DNA from: Sphingobacteriales bacterium
Lineage (GTDB): Bacteria; Bacteroidota; Bacteroidia; Sphingobacteriales; Sphingobacteriaceae
NCBI GenBank assembly: GCA_044337515.1
Contig: JBIINK010000001.1
Span: 109,840 to 141,839, forward strand
DNA: 32,000 nt
Reading direction: 5' to 3'
Numbering within the stretch: position 1 is the first letter of the stretch; every line of letters starts with the position of its first letter. Position numbers and translations under genes: made by a program. Below the pieces are notes generated by a model. The model was not told the origin of the DNA, did no database searches, and saw nothing but the letters and a program-made list of their open reading frames with translations. Below, one piece after another: positions 9,275 through 18,300 of this stretch.

Positions 9275-9312
9275 TTTCTACACTTCGACGTTTCTACACT
9301 TCTATATTTCTA
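9275..9312. repeat. Period-8/16 direct repeats (tttctacacttc x2 plus a partial copy) in a divergent spacer
   Basis: tttctaca cttcgacg tttctaca cttctata tttctaaa. The word ttctaca(c) recurs at 27497-27513. Confidence 0.65.
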
Positions 9313-9333
9313 AAATCACTATCTTCGTGCCCA

Positions 9334-10743
9334 ATGAAGCATTTATTAAAAAATCCAATATTTAACGTTGTTTCCGAAGTAGCTAAAGAGCATAAAATAC
9401 CAGCTTTTGTAATTGGTGGTTTTGTGCGCGATTTGCTGTTGAATAGGAATTCCAAGGATGTTGATTTTTTAATATTAGGGAATGGGATTGAGTTTGCGGA
9501 ACTAGTAGCCAAGAAAATCGGAAAAGGTACAAAGGTCAATGTATTCAAGAATTTCGGTACAGCACAACTTGTTTTTCAGGATTGGGATATTGAGTTTGTA
9601 GGTGCTCGAAAAGAGTCGTATCGAAGTGATTCTCGTAAGCCTATTGTAGAAAATGGTAGTTTGCAAGACGACCAAAACCGTAGGGATTTTACCATTAATG
9701 CCATGGCCATCAGTTTAAATGCAGTGGATTATGGACAATTGATAGATCCATTTAATGGACAAGAAGATTTAAAAGCGAAGATTATCCGTACGCCTTTAAA
9801 TCCAGACATCACCTATTCTGATGATCCATTAAGAATGATGAGGGCCATTCGCTTTGCATCGCAGTTGAAATTCACAATTGAGGATGAATCATTTGATGCT
9901 ATTAAAACTAATGCACACCGTATAGACATTGTTTCTAAAGAGCGTATCACTGATGAGCTTAATAAAATCATCTTATCAGAAAAACCATCCATTGGATTTA
10001 CACTATTATTTGATTCGGGGTTATTAAAATTGATTTTCCCCTTAATGGCACAACTGCATGGAGTGGAAACAATAAAAGGGAAAGCGCATAAAGATAATTT
10101 CTACCATACCTTGCAAGTGCTTGACAATATTTGTAAGAGCACAGAGGATTTGTGGCTGCGATGGGCAGCAATACTACATGATATTGCTAAACCTGCTACC
10201 AAGCGATTTGAAGATGGTACAGGCTGGACATTCCACGGTCACGAGGATAAGGGAGCTCGTATGGTACCAAAGATATTTAGGGACTTGCGTTTGCCACAGA
10301 ATGAGAAGATGAAGCTCGTGCAGAAATTAGTACAGTTGCATCTTCGCCCCATTGTATTGGCGCAAAGCACGGTAACAGATTCGGCAGTAAGGCGTTTATT
10401 ATTTGAAGCGGGTGAAGAGATAGATGATTTGATGACACTTTGTAATGCAGACATCACTACGAAGAATGAGTATAAAATTAAGAAGTATAAGAACAATTTT
10501 GAACTGGTAAAGCAAAAATTGATAGAGGTTGAAGAGAAAGATAAGTTACGAAATTGGCAACCTCCAATTGATGGGAATGACATTATGGAATACTTCGGAA
10601 TTCAGGCTGGTAGAGAAGTAGGAATCATTAAAAATGCCATTCGAGAAGCGATTTTAGAGGGCGAAATTCCTAACGAAAAGCTTGTTGCTTTGGACTTTAT
10701 GTTCAAGCAAGGCGAGCAATTGGGATTAAAACGAAAAAAATAG
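9334..10743 (+). CDS. cca: CCA tRNA nucleotidyltransferase / poly(A) polymerase-family protein with HD domain
   Basis: 469-aa ORF. It has the N-terminal nucleotidyltransferase motif GGFVRDLLL...DVD and the RDFTINA motif. An HD-domain segment ([10 protein letters not shown]...HGHEDKG) follows. Confidence 0.8.
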   Translation: MKHLLKNPIFNVVSEVAKEHKIPAFVIGGFVRDLLLNRNSKDVDFLILGNGIEFAELVAKKIGKGTKVNVFKNFGTAQLVFQDWDIEFVGARKESYRSDSRKPIVENGSLQDDQNRRDFTINAMAISLNAVDYGQLIDPFNGQEDLKAKIIRTPLNPDITYSDDPLRMMRAIRFASQLKFTIEDESFDAIKTNAHRIDIVSKERITDELNKIILSEKPSIGFTLLFDSGLLKLIFPLMAQLHGVETIKGKAHKDNFYHTLQVLDNICKSTEDLWLRWAAILHDIAKPATKRFEDGTGWTFHGHEDKGARMVPKIFRDLRLPQNEKMKLVQKLVQLHLRPIVLAQSTVTDSAVRRLLFEAGEEIDDLMTLCNADITTKNEYKIKKYKNNFELVKQKLIEVEEKDKLRNWQPPIDGNDIMEYFGIQAGREVGIIKNAIREAILEGEIPNEKLVALDFMFKQGEQLGLKRKK

Positions 10744-10792
10744 CACAAAAAATAATTAGATTTCTTTATTTTGTATAAAGATTAATAGCACT

Positions 10793-11377
10793 ATGGCCGT
10801 TTATAAATTTAGAGTGAGTTTCGAGGATTATGATGATATCAGTAGAGATATTGATATTAAATCGAACCAAACTTTTGCCGATTTTCATAAAGCAATACAC
10901 AAATCCATTTCTTTTGATGGAAATGCTTCGGCATCTTTTTACATGAGTAATGATTATTGGCATAAAGGCAAAGAAATTACACACCTTGAAAAAGATGTAA
11001 AGACCGAAAGTGTAAACTTGATGGAAAAATCTCAATTGAAAAATTTCATTGTAGACCCCCATCAAAAAATATATTATGTATTCAATTTTGAAAAACCTTG
11101 GACTTTCCATGTAGAGTTAATTAAAATTGTAATTAATGAAGACGCTAGTGTTTCTTATCCACTATGCACAAAATCTAATGGTGAAGCACCAAAACAATTT
11201 GGAAACACCCCAATTATTGCCGCTGCAGAAAACGATGATCTTGATTTCTTAAATGTGATGGAATATGCAGTTGATGAAGAAGATCGTGATGAAATGGGAT
11301 TTGATGATGAAGCCGGTGAGGAGGAAGAAGAAGGAGAGAAAGATGAGTTTGCAGGGGAAGATTTTGAGGAGATATAA
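10793..11377 (+). CDS. Hypothetical protein with a strongly acidic C-terminal tail
   Basis: 194-aa ORF. The N-terminal ~130 aa look globular (YKFRVSFEDYDDISRDIDIKSNQTFADFHKAI), possibly a pRiA4b ORF-3-like fold. The C-terminus is a D/E-rich tail (DEEDRDEMGFDDEAGEEEEEGEKDE). Confidence 0.5.
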   Translation: MAVYKFRVSFEDYDDISRDIDIKSNQTFADFHKAIHKSISFDGNASASFYMSNDYWHKGKEITHLEKDVKTESVNLMEKSQLKNFIVDPHQKIYYVFNFEKPWTFHVELIKIVINEDASVSYPLCTKSNGEAPKQFGNTPIIAAAENDDLDFLNVMEYAVDEEDRDEMGFDDEAGEEEEEGEKDEFAGEDFEEI

Positions 11378-11472
11378 TGTACAGTGTATTATGTATTAAG
11401 TACTAAGTACAATGTAAACTTTGCATAATAAATAATACATAATACTTAATACATTGTACGTAATACATAATG
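11378..11472. repeat. AT-rich word repeats with partial dyad symmetry (gtattaagtac, gtacaatgta, ataatacat)
   Basis: gtacaatgta (11407-11416) pairs with tacattgtac (11450-11459), and gtattaagta with tacttaatac. The 12-mers gtacaatgtaaa and tgtattaagtac also occur at 8721-8755. Confidence 0.65.
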
Positions 11473-12360
11473 CATTTTAAAACCCTTATTCTTATAGTCG
11501 GTCCAACCGCAGTAGGTAAAACAGCACTCGCTGTATTGCTCGCAAAACACTATAATACCGAAATTATCTCCGCAGATTCTCGTCAGTTTTATAAGGAATT
11601 AGAAATTGGTACAGCTAAACCCGATGCTGAAGAATTAAGTCAAGTTAAACACCATTTAATAAATTCCCATTCTTATAAAGATTTAGTAGATGCTGGCACA
11701 TACGAACGTTTAGCACTAGAAATTTTATCCGAGCTGTTTATTACAAATGATGTTGTAATAGCTGTTGGTGGTTCTGGTTTATACATACAAGCATTATGTG
11801 AAGGCCTTGATCCTGTTGATTTACGAGATGATGAGCTTCGTGCCGAACTTTCTAAATACAGCACAGAAGAATTACAAGAAAAGCTAAAGCAATTAGATCC
11901 AGAATATTTCGAAATCGTTGATCAACAAAATCCACAACGATTAATGAGAGCAATTGAAGTGATTACGTTAACAGGCAAAACCTATACGAGTTTAAGAACA
12001 GGGAAGAAAAAAGATCGTTCTTTTAATATTATTAAAATGGGTTTAAATGATGATCGTGCAGTGCTTTACGATCGCATAAATAAACGTGTAGATAAGATGA
12101 TCGAAAATGGATTAGAAGAAGAAGCAAAATCATTCTATCCTTTTAAAGATGAATACACCTTACAAACCGTTGGCTACACCGAGTGGTTTGATTATTTCGA
12201 TGGCAAGCATACTAAGGCGGACGCTATTGAGTTAATTAAAAGAAATTCGAGGCGATATGCAAAGAGACAATTAACTTGGTTTAACAGAGACACGGAAATT
12301 ACTTGGTTTACCGTACACGATTTCCCTAAAATAATAGAACATATAGCGCTAAATAAATAG
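11470..12360 (+). CDS. miaA: tRNA dimethylallyltransferase
   Basis: 296-aa ORF with P-loop GPTAVGKT, then ISADSRQFYKELEIGTAKP and the GGSGLY motif. Size is typical of MiaA. Confidence 0.9.
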   Translation: MHFKTLILIVGPTAVGKTALAVLLAKHYNTEIISADSRQFYKELEIGTAKPDAEELSQVKHHLINSHSYKDLVDAGTYERLALEILSELFITNDVVIAVGGSGLYIQALCEGLDPVDLRDDELRAELSKYSTEELQEKLKQLDPEYFEIVDQQNPQRLMRAIEVITLTGKTYTSLRTGKKKDRSFNIIKMGLNDDRAVLYDRINKRVDKMIENGLEEEAKSFYPFKDEYTLQTVGYTEWFDYFDGKHTKADAIELIKRNSRRYAKRQLTWFNRDTEITWFTVHDFPKIIEHIALNK

Positions 12361-12361
12361 C

Positions 12362-13600
12362 ATGATTTCCAAGATACTTCGCCCTTATCGTTTAATTGAA
12401 AAATCTGTCATCAATATGATTGTTGCAGAGTTTTTCATTCAAATGGTAAATGCTGCGATGATGATGGTACTTAATATCTATTTAGCTAAGAAAGGATATT
12501 CGGATCCAGAAATTGCAGATTTTATTTCTTGGAGATTTTTAAGTGTAATGGTATTGGCATTCCCATTAGGCTTATTTATAAAAGGTCGGAAAATCGTACC
12601 ATTCTTTTACATTGCTTCCATAGGTGTTTCCTTATTTAGTGTTTTAATTTTATTGTCTGTAGAATATGCACACCCGCTGTTGGTTCATATATCATTGGCA
12701 TGTTGGGGTATCTCGTATGCTTTTATGCAAGTATTAGCCTTGCCCTACATATTGCGAAATACATCATCAGAGAATCAAAGTGCTGCCATTTCATTAAGTT
12801 ACTCTACCTATAGCTTTGCTATGATTAGCACAGGTACAATGATATATTTATTGAATTATTTCAATCCGATTTTTTTTCATGAATACCAATCGTTATTACT
12901 TATATCAGGCTTATCGGGAATCAGTTTGTATTTTGTTTGGCGCATGGGGAAATCGGAAGTAATTCCCAAAGTAGAAGGAAGTAGAAAGGACTTAAGTGGC
13001 TTCGATTGGAAGGTAATTGCAATGGCCATGACACCCTCGCTTATTTTAGCCATTGGTGCAGGATTAACAATTCCGTTTATCAATCTTTTTTTCTTCAAAG
13101 TATTTAATATGAGTGCGGAGAAGTTCGCCATTGTGAATGCATTCTCTTCAGTTACGGTTGCATTTGCTGCCTTGTTAGTTCCTCATATTAAAAAAAGATA
13201 TGGGTACCGAATTGCCATTACTCGTACACAAACTATCGCTGTAATTTCTCTTGCACTATTAGCATGTACCGAATATTATAAAGTAGAAGGTTGGGCATAT
13301 TTTGCTGCTGTGTTTTTCTTTTTACTACGCCAACCCTTAATGAATATGGCTGCTCCAGCGGCATCGGAGTTGGTGATGAATTATGTTGGTCCGAAAAATC
13401 AAGAGATTATATCTGCATTAACTGCATCGATATGGTCGGGGAGTTGGTTCTTTAGCGCAATTATATTTAGAGTGCTACGAAATTCGGGGATGATGTATGC
13501 AAATGTGTTTTTAATAACTGCAGCACTCTATGCATTTGGAGTATTCTGGTATTATTTGCTCATCAATAAATACGAGAAGAAGAATTTAATTAACTCCTAA
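12362..13600 (+). CDS. MFS-type transporter
   Basis: 412-aa ORF, hydrophobic throughout with about 12 predicted TM segments and a central loop (KSEVIPKVEGSRKDLSG). It starts 2 nt after the miaA stop. Confidence 0.6.
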   Translation: MISKILRPYRLIEKSVINMIVAEFFIQMVNAAMMMVLNIYLAKKGYSDPEIADFISWRFLSVMVLAFPLGLFIKGRKIVPFFYIASIGVSLFSVLILLSVEYAHPLLVHISLACWGISYAFMQVLALPYILRNTSSENQSAAISLSYSTYSFAMISTGTMIYLLNYFNPIFFHEYQSLLLISGLSGISLYFVWRMGKSEVIPKVEGSRKDLSGFDWKVIAMAMTPSLILAIGAGLTIPFINLFFFKVFNMSAEKFAIVNAFSSVTVAFAALLVPHIKKRYGYRIAITRTQTIAVISLALLACTEYYKVEGWAYFAAVFFFLLRQPLMNMAAPAASELVMNYVGPKNQEIISALTASIWSGSWFFSAIIFRVLRNSGMMYANVFLITAALYAFGVFWYYLLINKYEKKNLINS

Positions 13601-14099
13601 GTATTTCTACTCTACCATTAGGGTCTAAACGAATTAAACTCGATTCTAAAAATGCATCTTGCATTGCACAGGTAAAAATAGTTGATTCTTCTAGCATCGT
13701 TACATCTTCATCATTTATAGCACAAAGCAGAATTGGCATTCTGAACTTTCTAATAAACTGCTGCAATTCACCTTCACGTACAACACGAATTTGAATACTA
13801 GTATCTGGCATTATTGCTGACGGAGCAAGGTTCTTGCCACCTATGCTAGTTAATACAATTGGTTTTTCAGAGAAGTCAATAATGTCGTATGCTAAAGGAT
13901 TCAATTCAGCAATATAACTTTCTAAACGGTTCGAGCTATCGAGTATTAACTCAAATGATTGTTGATACTCTTTATATTTAGCTACTGTTTCTTCGTGATT
14001 TGCTTCCAATATTACATAGTAATGATCTTCTACTTCTAATCCTATGTAGTGATTAGTTTTTAAAGTTTCTAATGCTTTTGGTAGATTGAAGTTCTGCAT
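13590..14099 (-). CDS. Divergent Sua5/YciO/YrdC-like domain protein
   Basis: 169-aa ORF. By eye it is collinear with the YrdC fold (…KPIVLTSIGGKNLAP…SIQIRVVREGELQQFIRKFRMPILLCAIN…). The KxR and S-x-N catalytic-type motifs do not appear to be retained. It starts 1 nt after the glycosyltransferase gene. Confidence 0.35.
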   Translation of the reverse strand: MQNFNLPKALETLKTNHYIGLEVEDHYYVILEANHEETVAKYKEYQQSFELILDSSNRLESYIAELNPLAYDIIDFSEKPIVLTSIGGKNLAPSAIMPDTSIQIRVVREGELQQFIRKFRMPILLCAINDEDVTMLEESTIFTCAMQDAFLESSLIRLDPNGRVEILRS

Positions 14100-14100
14100 A

Positions 14101-15234
14101 TTATTGCTTGACTAATTCTTGATAAACTTGCATTAATTCTTTGGCAATATTAGAGTGTTCGAATTTTTTAGCATACTCTTTACCAGCAGCAATTTGTTCG
14201 GTATTGTCTTCTGCAAGTAATTTGTTAATTGCTTTTGTTAGTGCTGGCACATCATCCGGACTAACATAAACTGATGATGGACCACCTGCTTCTTCTAAGC
14301 ATGAACCTGTTGCAGCAATTACGGGAACACCACATTGCAGTGCTTCAATTATTGGAATGCCAAAACCTTCAAATCTTGAAGTATATATAAATAAAGAGGA
14401 CAAATGATATACTATAGGAAGTTCATCAAAAGATATTTTATGTAAAAATATTACTCGATGTTCTAGGTTATATTTAATCAAATATTGTTTGATTTCTTCT
14501 ACATATGATTTGGGTTTTCCGATAATAACTAAAGGAATGTTTTCATCAATATCTTTTAATGCTTGAACAATTTGAAAGGCATTTTTCCTTGACTCAATTG
14601 TCCCTACATTCAAAATAAATTTTTCGGGTAATTGATATTTTACTCGAACAGTCATCAACATCATCGGGTTTATTTCTTGATGAAATATATCCGAACAGGA
14701 TTGATATACTACACGAATTTTCTTCTCATCAATTCCGAAAAAGTGAATAATATCTTTTTTTGTTTGTTCTGAGATGGCAATAATAAGATCAGCCACTTCA
14801 CAAGCTTTCTTAAATTTAGTTTCGTAAATTTTACGATCGGTTGCTTTATAATATTCCGGAAAGCGTTTAAAAATTAAGTCGTGTATGGTTACTACAGTAG
14901 GAATGCCTGTTTTTTCAATGCCTGCAGGTAACTCATGACTTAACCCATGAAAGAGATCAATTTTATCATGAATGATATCTGATTTTATGCCATACCTACG
15001 CCATAGTGATGGGAGTAATTCATAAAAAAATGATTTAGGAATTCGAATGTGTACTTCTGAATGTTGAGGTAAGTTTAAAAACTTAATTTGATTTTCGTTT
15101 GGAACTGTAGGGTTGTATAAATACAATGAATGTTGAGGGAATTCGTCTGCCAATATCTTTATCGTAGATCGGCTGTAATTACCTAATCCAGTAAAGTTTG
15201 AAAAAGCACGCTTGGCATCGAAACCGATCTTCAT
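14101..15234 (-). CDS. Glycosyltransferase family 4 (GT-B, RfaG-like)
   Basis: 377-aa ORF with the C-terminal GT1/GT4 signature SRFEGFGIPIIEALQCGVPVIA and typical length and layout. Confidence 0.85.
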   Translation of the reverse strand: MKIGFDAKRAFSNFTGLGNYSRSTIKILADEFPQHSLYLYNPTVPNENQIKFLNLPQHSEVHIRIPKSFFYELLPSLWRRYGIKSDIIHDKIDLFHGLSHELPAGIEKTGIPTVVTIHDLIFKRFPEYYKATDRKIYETKFKKACEVADLIIAISEQTKKDIIHFFGIDEKKIRVVYQSCSDIFHQEINPMMLMTVRVKYQLPEKFILNVGTIESRKNAFQIVQALKDIDENIPLVIIGKPKSYVEEIKQYLIKYNLEHRVIFLHKISFDELPIVYHLSSLFIYTSRFEGFGIPIIEALQCGVPVIAATGSCLEEAGGPSSVYVSPDDVPALTKAINKLLAEDNTEQIAAGKEYAKKFEHSNIAKELMQVYQELVKQ

Positions 15235-15311
15235 AAATTGTAAATTGTAAATTGTAAATTGTAAATGATTTGTAATTGTATTTACAATTTACAATTCACA
15301 ATTTACAATTA
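15235..15311. repeat. Inverted pair of heptamer arrays: (aaattgt)x4, 21-nt spacer, (acaattN)x4
   Basis: The left arm 15235-15262 and the reverse complement of the right arm 15284-15311 match at 26 of 28 positions. The pair fills the whole spacer between the dapD stop and the glycosyltransferase start. Confidence 0.9.
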
Positions 15312-15314
15312 GTT

Positions 15315-16133
15315 TTATACTGCTACATTATATTCTCTCAACGTTTCGTTCAACGATGTTTTTAGATCTGTTGATTCTTTACGTTTACCTATAATTAAAG
15401 CACAAGGTACTTGATATTCGCCAGCTGGGAACTTTTTAGTGTAAGAGCCAGGTATAACTACCGAACGAGAAGGAACATAGCCTTTATATTCTACTGGCTC
15501 ATCGCCCGTTACATCAATTATTTTAGTAGATGCAGTAAGTACAACGTTTGCACCTAATACAGCTTCTTTCTCTACACGTACACCTTCAACAACAATACAA
15601 CGAGAGCCAACAAAGCAACCATCTTCAATAATAACAGGTGCTGCTTGTACTGGTTCTAAAACACCACCTATACCAACACCACCACTTAAATGTACATGTT
15701 TACCTATTTGCGCACATGAACCTACAGTTGCCCAAGTATCTACCATAGTGCCTTCGTCAACAAATGCACCAATGTTAACATAAGAAGGCATCATAATAAC
15801 ACCTTTAGCTAAGTATGCTCCATAACGAGCAACCCCATGAGGTACCACTCGAACACCTGCTTCTACGTAATCTGTTTTTAATTTCATCTTGTCATTAAAA
15901 ACAAATGGGCCTACCTTAATTTCTTCCATTTTAGAAATAGGGAAATATAAGATAACAGCTTTTTTAACCCAATCATTCACATGCCATCTGTTTAATACAG
16001 GTTCAGCAACACGTATTTCACCTTTATCGAGTTTCTCAATTACGAATTCAATAGCCTGAATTACATCCGGATAGCTGAGCATGTTTCTATCTTCCCATGC
16101 TTTCTCAACTAATTCTTTATATTTATTAATCAT
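15315..16133 (-). CDS. dapD: 2,3,4,5-tetrahydropyridine-2,6-dicarboxylate N-succinyltransferase
   Basis: 272-aa ORF. It has an N-terminal helical domain and a left-handed beta-helix hexapeptide region (GAYLAKGVIMMPSYVNIGAFVDEGTMVDTWATVGSCAQIG...), typical of short-form DapD. Confidence 0.85.
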   Translation of the reverse strand: MINKYKELVEKAWEDRNMLSYPDVIQAIEFVIEKLDKGEIRVAEPVLNRWHVNDWVKKAVILYFPISKMEEIKVGPFVFNDKMKLKTDYVEAGVRVVPHGVARYGAYLAKGVIMMPSYVNIGAFVDEGTMVDTWATVGSCAQIGKHVHLSGGVGIGGVLEPVQAAPVIIEDGCFVGSRCIVVEGVRVEKEAVLGANVVLTASTKIIDVTGDEPVEYKGYVPSRSVVIPGSYTKKFPAGEYQVPCALIIGKRKESTDLKTSLNETLREYNVAV

Positions 16134-16159
16134 ATGCTGTATTTTTGATTCCTATTTAC

Positions 16160-16186
16160 AAAAGTAATTTTTTTATTGAACATCAA
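16160..16186 (-). promoter_or_regulatory. Candidate Bacteroidota sigma-A promoter for dapD (-7 TACTTTTG, upstream TTG)
   Basis: The complement of 16160-16167 reads tacttttg, which fits TAnnTTTG. A TTG is at the complement of 16184-16186. The box lies about 27 nt upstream of the ATG at 16133, and the spacer is shorter than typical. Confidence 0.3.
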
Positions 16187-16204
16187 CGGTAAATATAAGT
16201 TTCT

Positions 16205-16603
16205 ATGCCTGCTGAAAATAATGAAAAGCTCAGAATTGATAAATATTTATGGGCGATCCGAATATTTAAAACGAGGAGTATTGCCACTGATGCTTGTAAA
16301 GCTGGTCGCGTTAAGCTTGAGCAGCAAAGTATAAAACCATCGTATGTAGTAAAAATTGGAGATGTTTTTCATATCCAAAAAGATCAACAGAAAAAAATAA
16401 TTAAAGTACTGGAACTATTAGAAAAAAGACTGGATGCAACATCAGCCCAGAAGTATTTTATAGATCAAACCCCAATTAACGATACCCCTAGAAATCATTC
16501 TATTTTTACAGTACCCGTATTAAAACGCGACAGAGGTACAGGCAGACCTACCAAAAAAGATAGAAGAGAGATTGATGATATTCAAACGAGCTGGGAGGAC
16601 TAA
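16205..16603 (+). CDS. RNA-binding S4-domain protein (Hsp15/HslR-like)
   Basis: 132-aa ORF with an S4 motif (LRIDKYLWAIRIFKTRSIATDACKAGRVKLEQQSIKPSYVVKIGDV) and a basic C-terminal tail. Confidence 0.75.
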   Translation: MPAENNEKLRIDKYLWAIRIFKTRSIATDACKAGRVKLEQQSIKPSYVVKIGDVFHIQKDQQKKIIKVLELLEKRLDATSAQKYFIDQTPINDTPRNHSIFTVPVLKRDRGTGRPTKKDRREIDDIQTSWED

Positions 16604-17238
16604 CTAATGCCAATGCTATAAGCATAGCGTACTAGTCCACTTGTATTATGAACCCCCACTTTTTTCATGATATTTGCACGATGGGTTTCTACAGTTCGAA
16701 TAGAAATATGAAGATCTTTTGAAATATCATTACTTGACTTACCTCGAGCTAGTTGATGAAGAATTTCACGCTCTCGAGAACTTAAATCTTCTAAAAAATA
16801 GGTTTCTTTTAGTTTCTTTTTCTTTTTTTCTAAAACGTTTTCTAACGTTACTGCTGTACTGAAATGTTTTTCGCCTTTTTTAACTTTTCGAATGGCGAAA
16901 CATAGTTCTTCTTTATCTACCGACTTTAGCAAATAACCATATGCTCCTGCAGATATCATTTTATTCAGATTAACGATATCATCATATATTGTTAATGCGA
17001 TTACTTTGGTTTTCGGGTATTGTGCCGAAATTATTTTTGTCGTTTCAACACCATCTAGAATTGGCATTCCAATATCCATCAATATCACATCAACTTCATT
17101 TTGCGCACAGGCCTTGAGTACTTCGTTCCCGTTAGTTGCGATTTCTACGATTTTAATATCCTTTTCGTGTTGTAAAGCAGCTTGCACACCTTCTGAAAAA
17201 AGTGCATGGTCGTCGGCAATTATTATGTTAATTAACAT
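16600..17238 (-). CDS. NarL/FixJ (LuxR)-family response regulator
   Basis: 212-aa ORF. The receiver domain has IIADDH...DVILMDIGMPILDG...KVIALT. The C-terminal LuxR HTH reads LSSREREILHQLARGKSSNDISKDLHISIRTVETHRANIMKKVG. Confidence 0.9.
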   Translation of the reverse strand: MLINIIIADDHALFSEGVQAALQHEKDIKIVEIATNGNEVLKACAQNEVDVILMDIGMPILDGVETTKIISAQYPKTKVIALTIYDDIVNLNKMISAGAYGYLLKSVDKEELCFAIRKVKKGEKHFSTAVTLENVLEKKKKKLKETYFLEDLSSREREILHQLARGKSSNDISKDLHISIRTVETHRANIMKKVGVHNTSGLVRYAYSIGIS

Positions 17239-17306
17239 ACTACTTAATATTTGCTGTAAATTAAATATATTTACTGATAATTCTTACAAAACAAAAATAA
17301 TAACTT

Positions 17307-17615
17307 ATGTCTAACTCACAAAACGAAATTAACTTAAATGAAGCTAGTCAATTGACTGCTAATTACAGAAATGCTAACCCAAACAAACCTATTGCAGAAT
17401 ACTTTAATAGAGATGCATTTGAAGCCCTATTAGCAAACCCATCTATTACAGGAATTAGAATCTACAAAGGCTTGGATGATCAAGGTGTAGAACATTTGGT
17501 TTTGGTTGGAGCAATACAAGAAGGTGCGACAGACGAAGATGAAATAAGTTTAATTATGGAAGCAGGTAAACTTTGTCCGCCAATATGTTCAAATATTAAC
17601 CCTCTAAATAGCTAA
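17307..17615 (+). CDS. Small conserved-looking hypothetical protein ending in a CPPxC motif
   Basis: 102-aa ORF, first gene of the sensor operon, divergent from the response regulator. Motifs GIRIYKG, LVLVGA and the C-terminal LCPPICSN resemble uncharacterised Bacteroidota proteins I have seen. Function unknown. Confidence 0.5.
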   Translation: MSNSQNEINLNEASQLTANYRNANPNKPIAEYFNRDAFEALLANPSITGIRIYKGLDDQGVEHLVLVGAIQEGATDEDEISLIMEAGKLCPPICSNINPLNS

Positions 17616-17619
17616 TATT

Positions 17620-18300
17620 TTGGATTGGTTCGAAACATATATTAAGTCAGATCAATTTTTAGTGTTGAATAATATAAGTTCCTATTCCATGCTATTGCCT
17701 TTTATTATAGGGGTTTTCAGGTTTAAGGATTTGCATATTTCTATGCGATATTTTTTGGGAATTATAGTTGTTTTTTTAGTCGCAGAAATAGGCATGAATA
17801 TTCTTGCTTACTTACATCAGTATAATTTATGGTTAGTTAATATTGTTAATCTATTACAATTAATATTGCTCTTTTACTTTTTTTATTTAACTAGTCTAAA
17901 TCGTATTTATAAGAAAATGCTTGTCTTATTTGGCATACTATTTACGGTGATTTGGTCAATCTTAATTTTTCATTTTGGGTTCAATAATTTAGAGCCGTAT
18001 TCACTAACCTTAGCGAGTATATTGACATTATTAGCCTGTGGATATAATATGGTTGAACTGGTTACCAACGATGAACCCAATTTATTTAGGTCTTCTTATT
18101 TTATAATTTCTTTAATGTATTTTATGTATTCTGCAGTTGTAGGAGTAACCTCTATTTTTCTAACAAATTCATTAGAATTTATAGTGAATAATCCATTATT
18201 ATGGAATATACGTGTGCTCATACATTGTGTAGTGAATATATTTTTAAATATTGGATTAGCTTATTCGTTTATATGCAAAGTATCGAAACCCAAGCACTAG
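17620..18300 (+). CDS. Seven-TM membrane protein (sensor-domain-like), possibly the detached N-terminus of the adjacent kinase
   Basis: 226-aa ORF with a TTG start 4 nt after the previous stop. It has seven hydrophobic segments and no soluble domain. Its 3' end overlaps the kinase ORF in another frame. Confidence 0.55.
   Translation: MDWFETYIKSDQFLVLNNISSYSMLLPFIIGVFRFKDLHISMRYFLGIIVVFLVAEIGMNILAYLHQYNLWLVNIVNLLQLILLFYFFYLTSLNRIYKKMLVLFGILFTVIWSILIFHFGFNNLEPYSLTLASILTLLACGYNMVELVTNDEPNLFRSSYFIISLMYFMYSAVVGVTSIFLTNSLEFIVNNPLLWNIRVLIHCVVNIFLNIGLAYSFICKVSKPKH

Noticed and set aside
9294-11110. Minus-strand and alternative-frame ORFs 9294-9548, 10121-10312, 10239-10583 and 10766-11110
   Set aside because: All lie within or against the cca gene and the acidic-tail gene. 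Their sequences look like frame artefacts (Cys/Ser/Phe-rich with no domain).
11673-13131. ORFs 11673-11864(-) and 12877-13131(-)
   Set aside because: They are antisense to miaA and to the MFS transporter, and both are short with no features.
17006-17314. 102-aa plus-strand ORF overlapping the response-regulator gene
   Set aside because: It is antisense to a confidently identified receiver domain. It would also overlap the start of the 17307 ORF.
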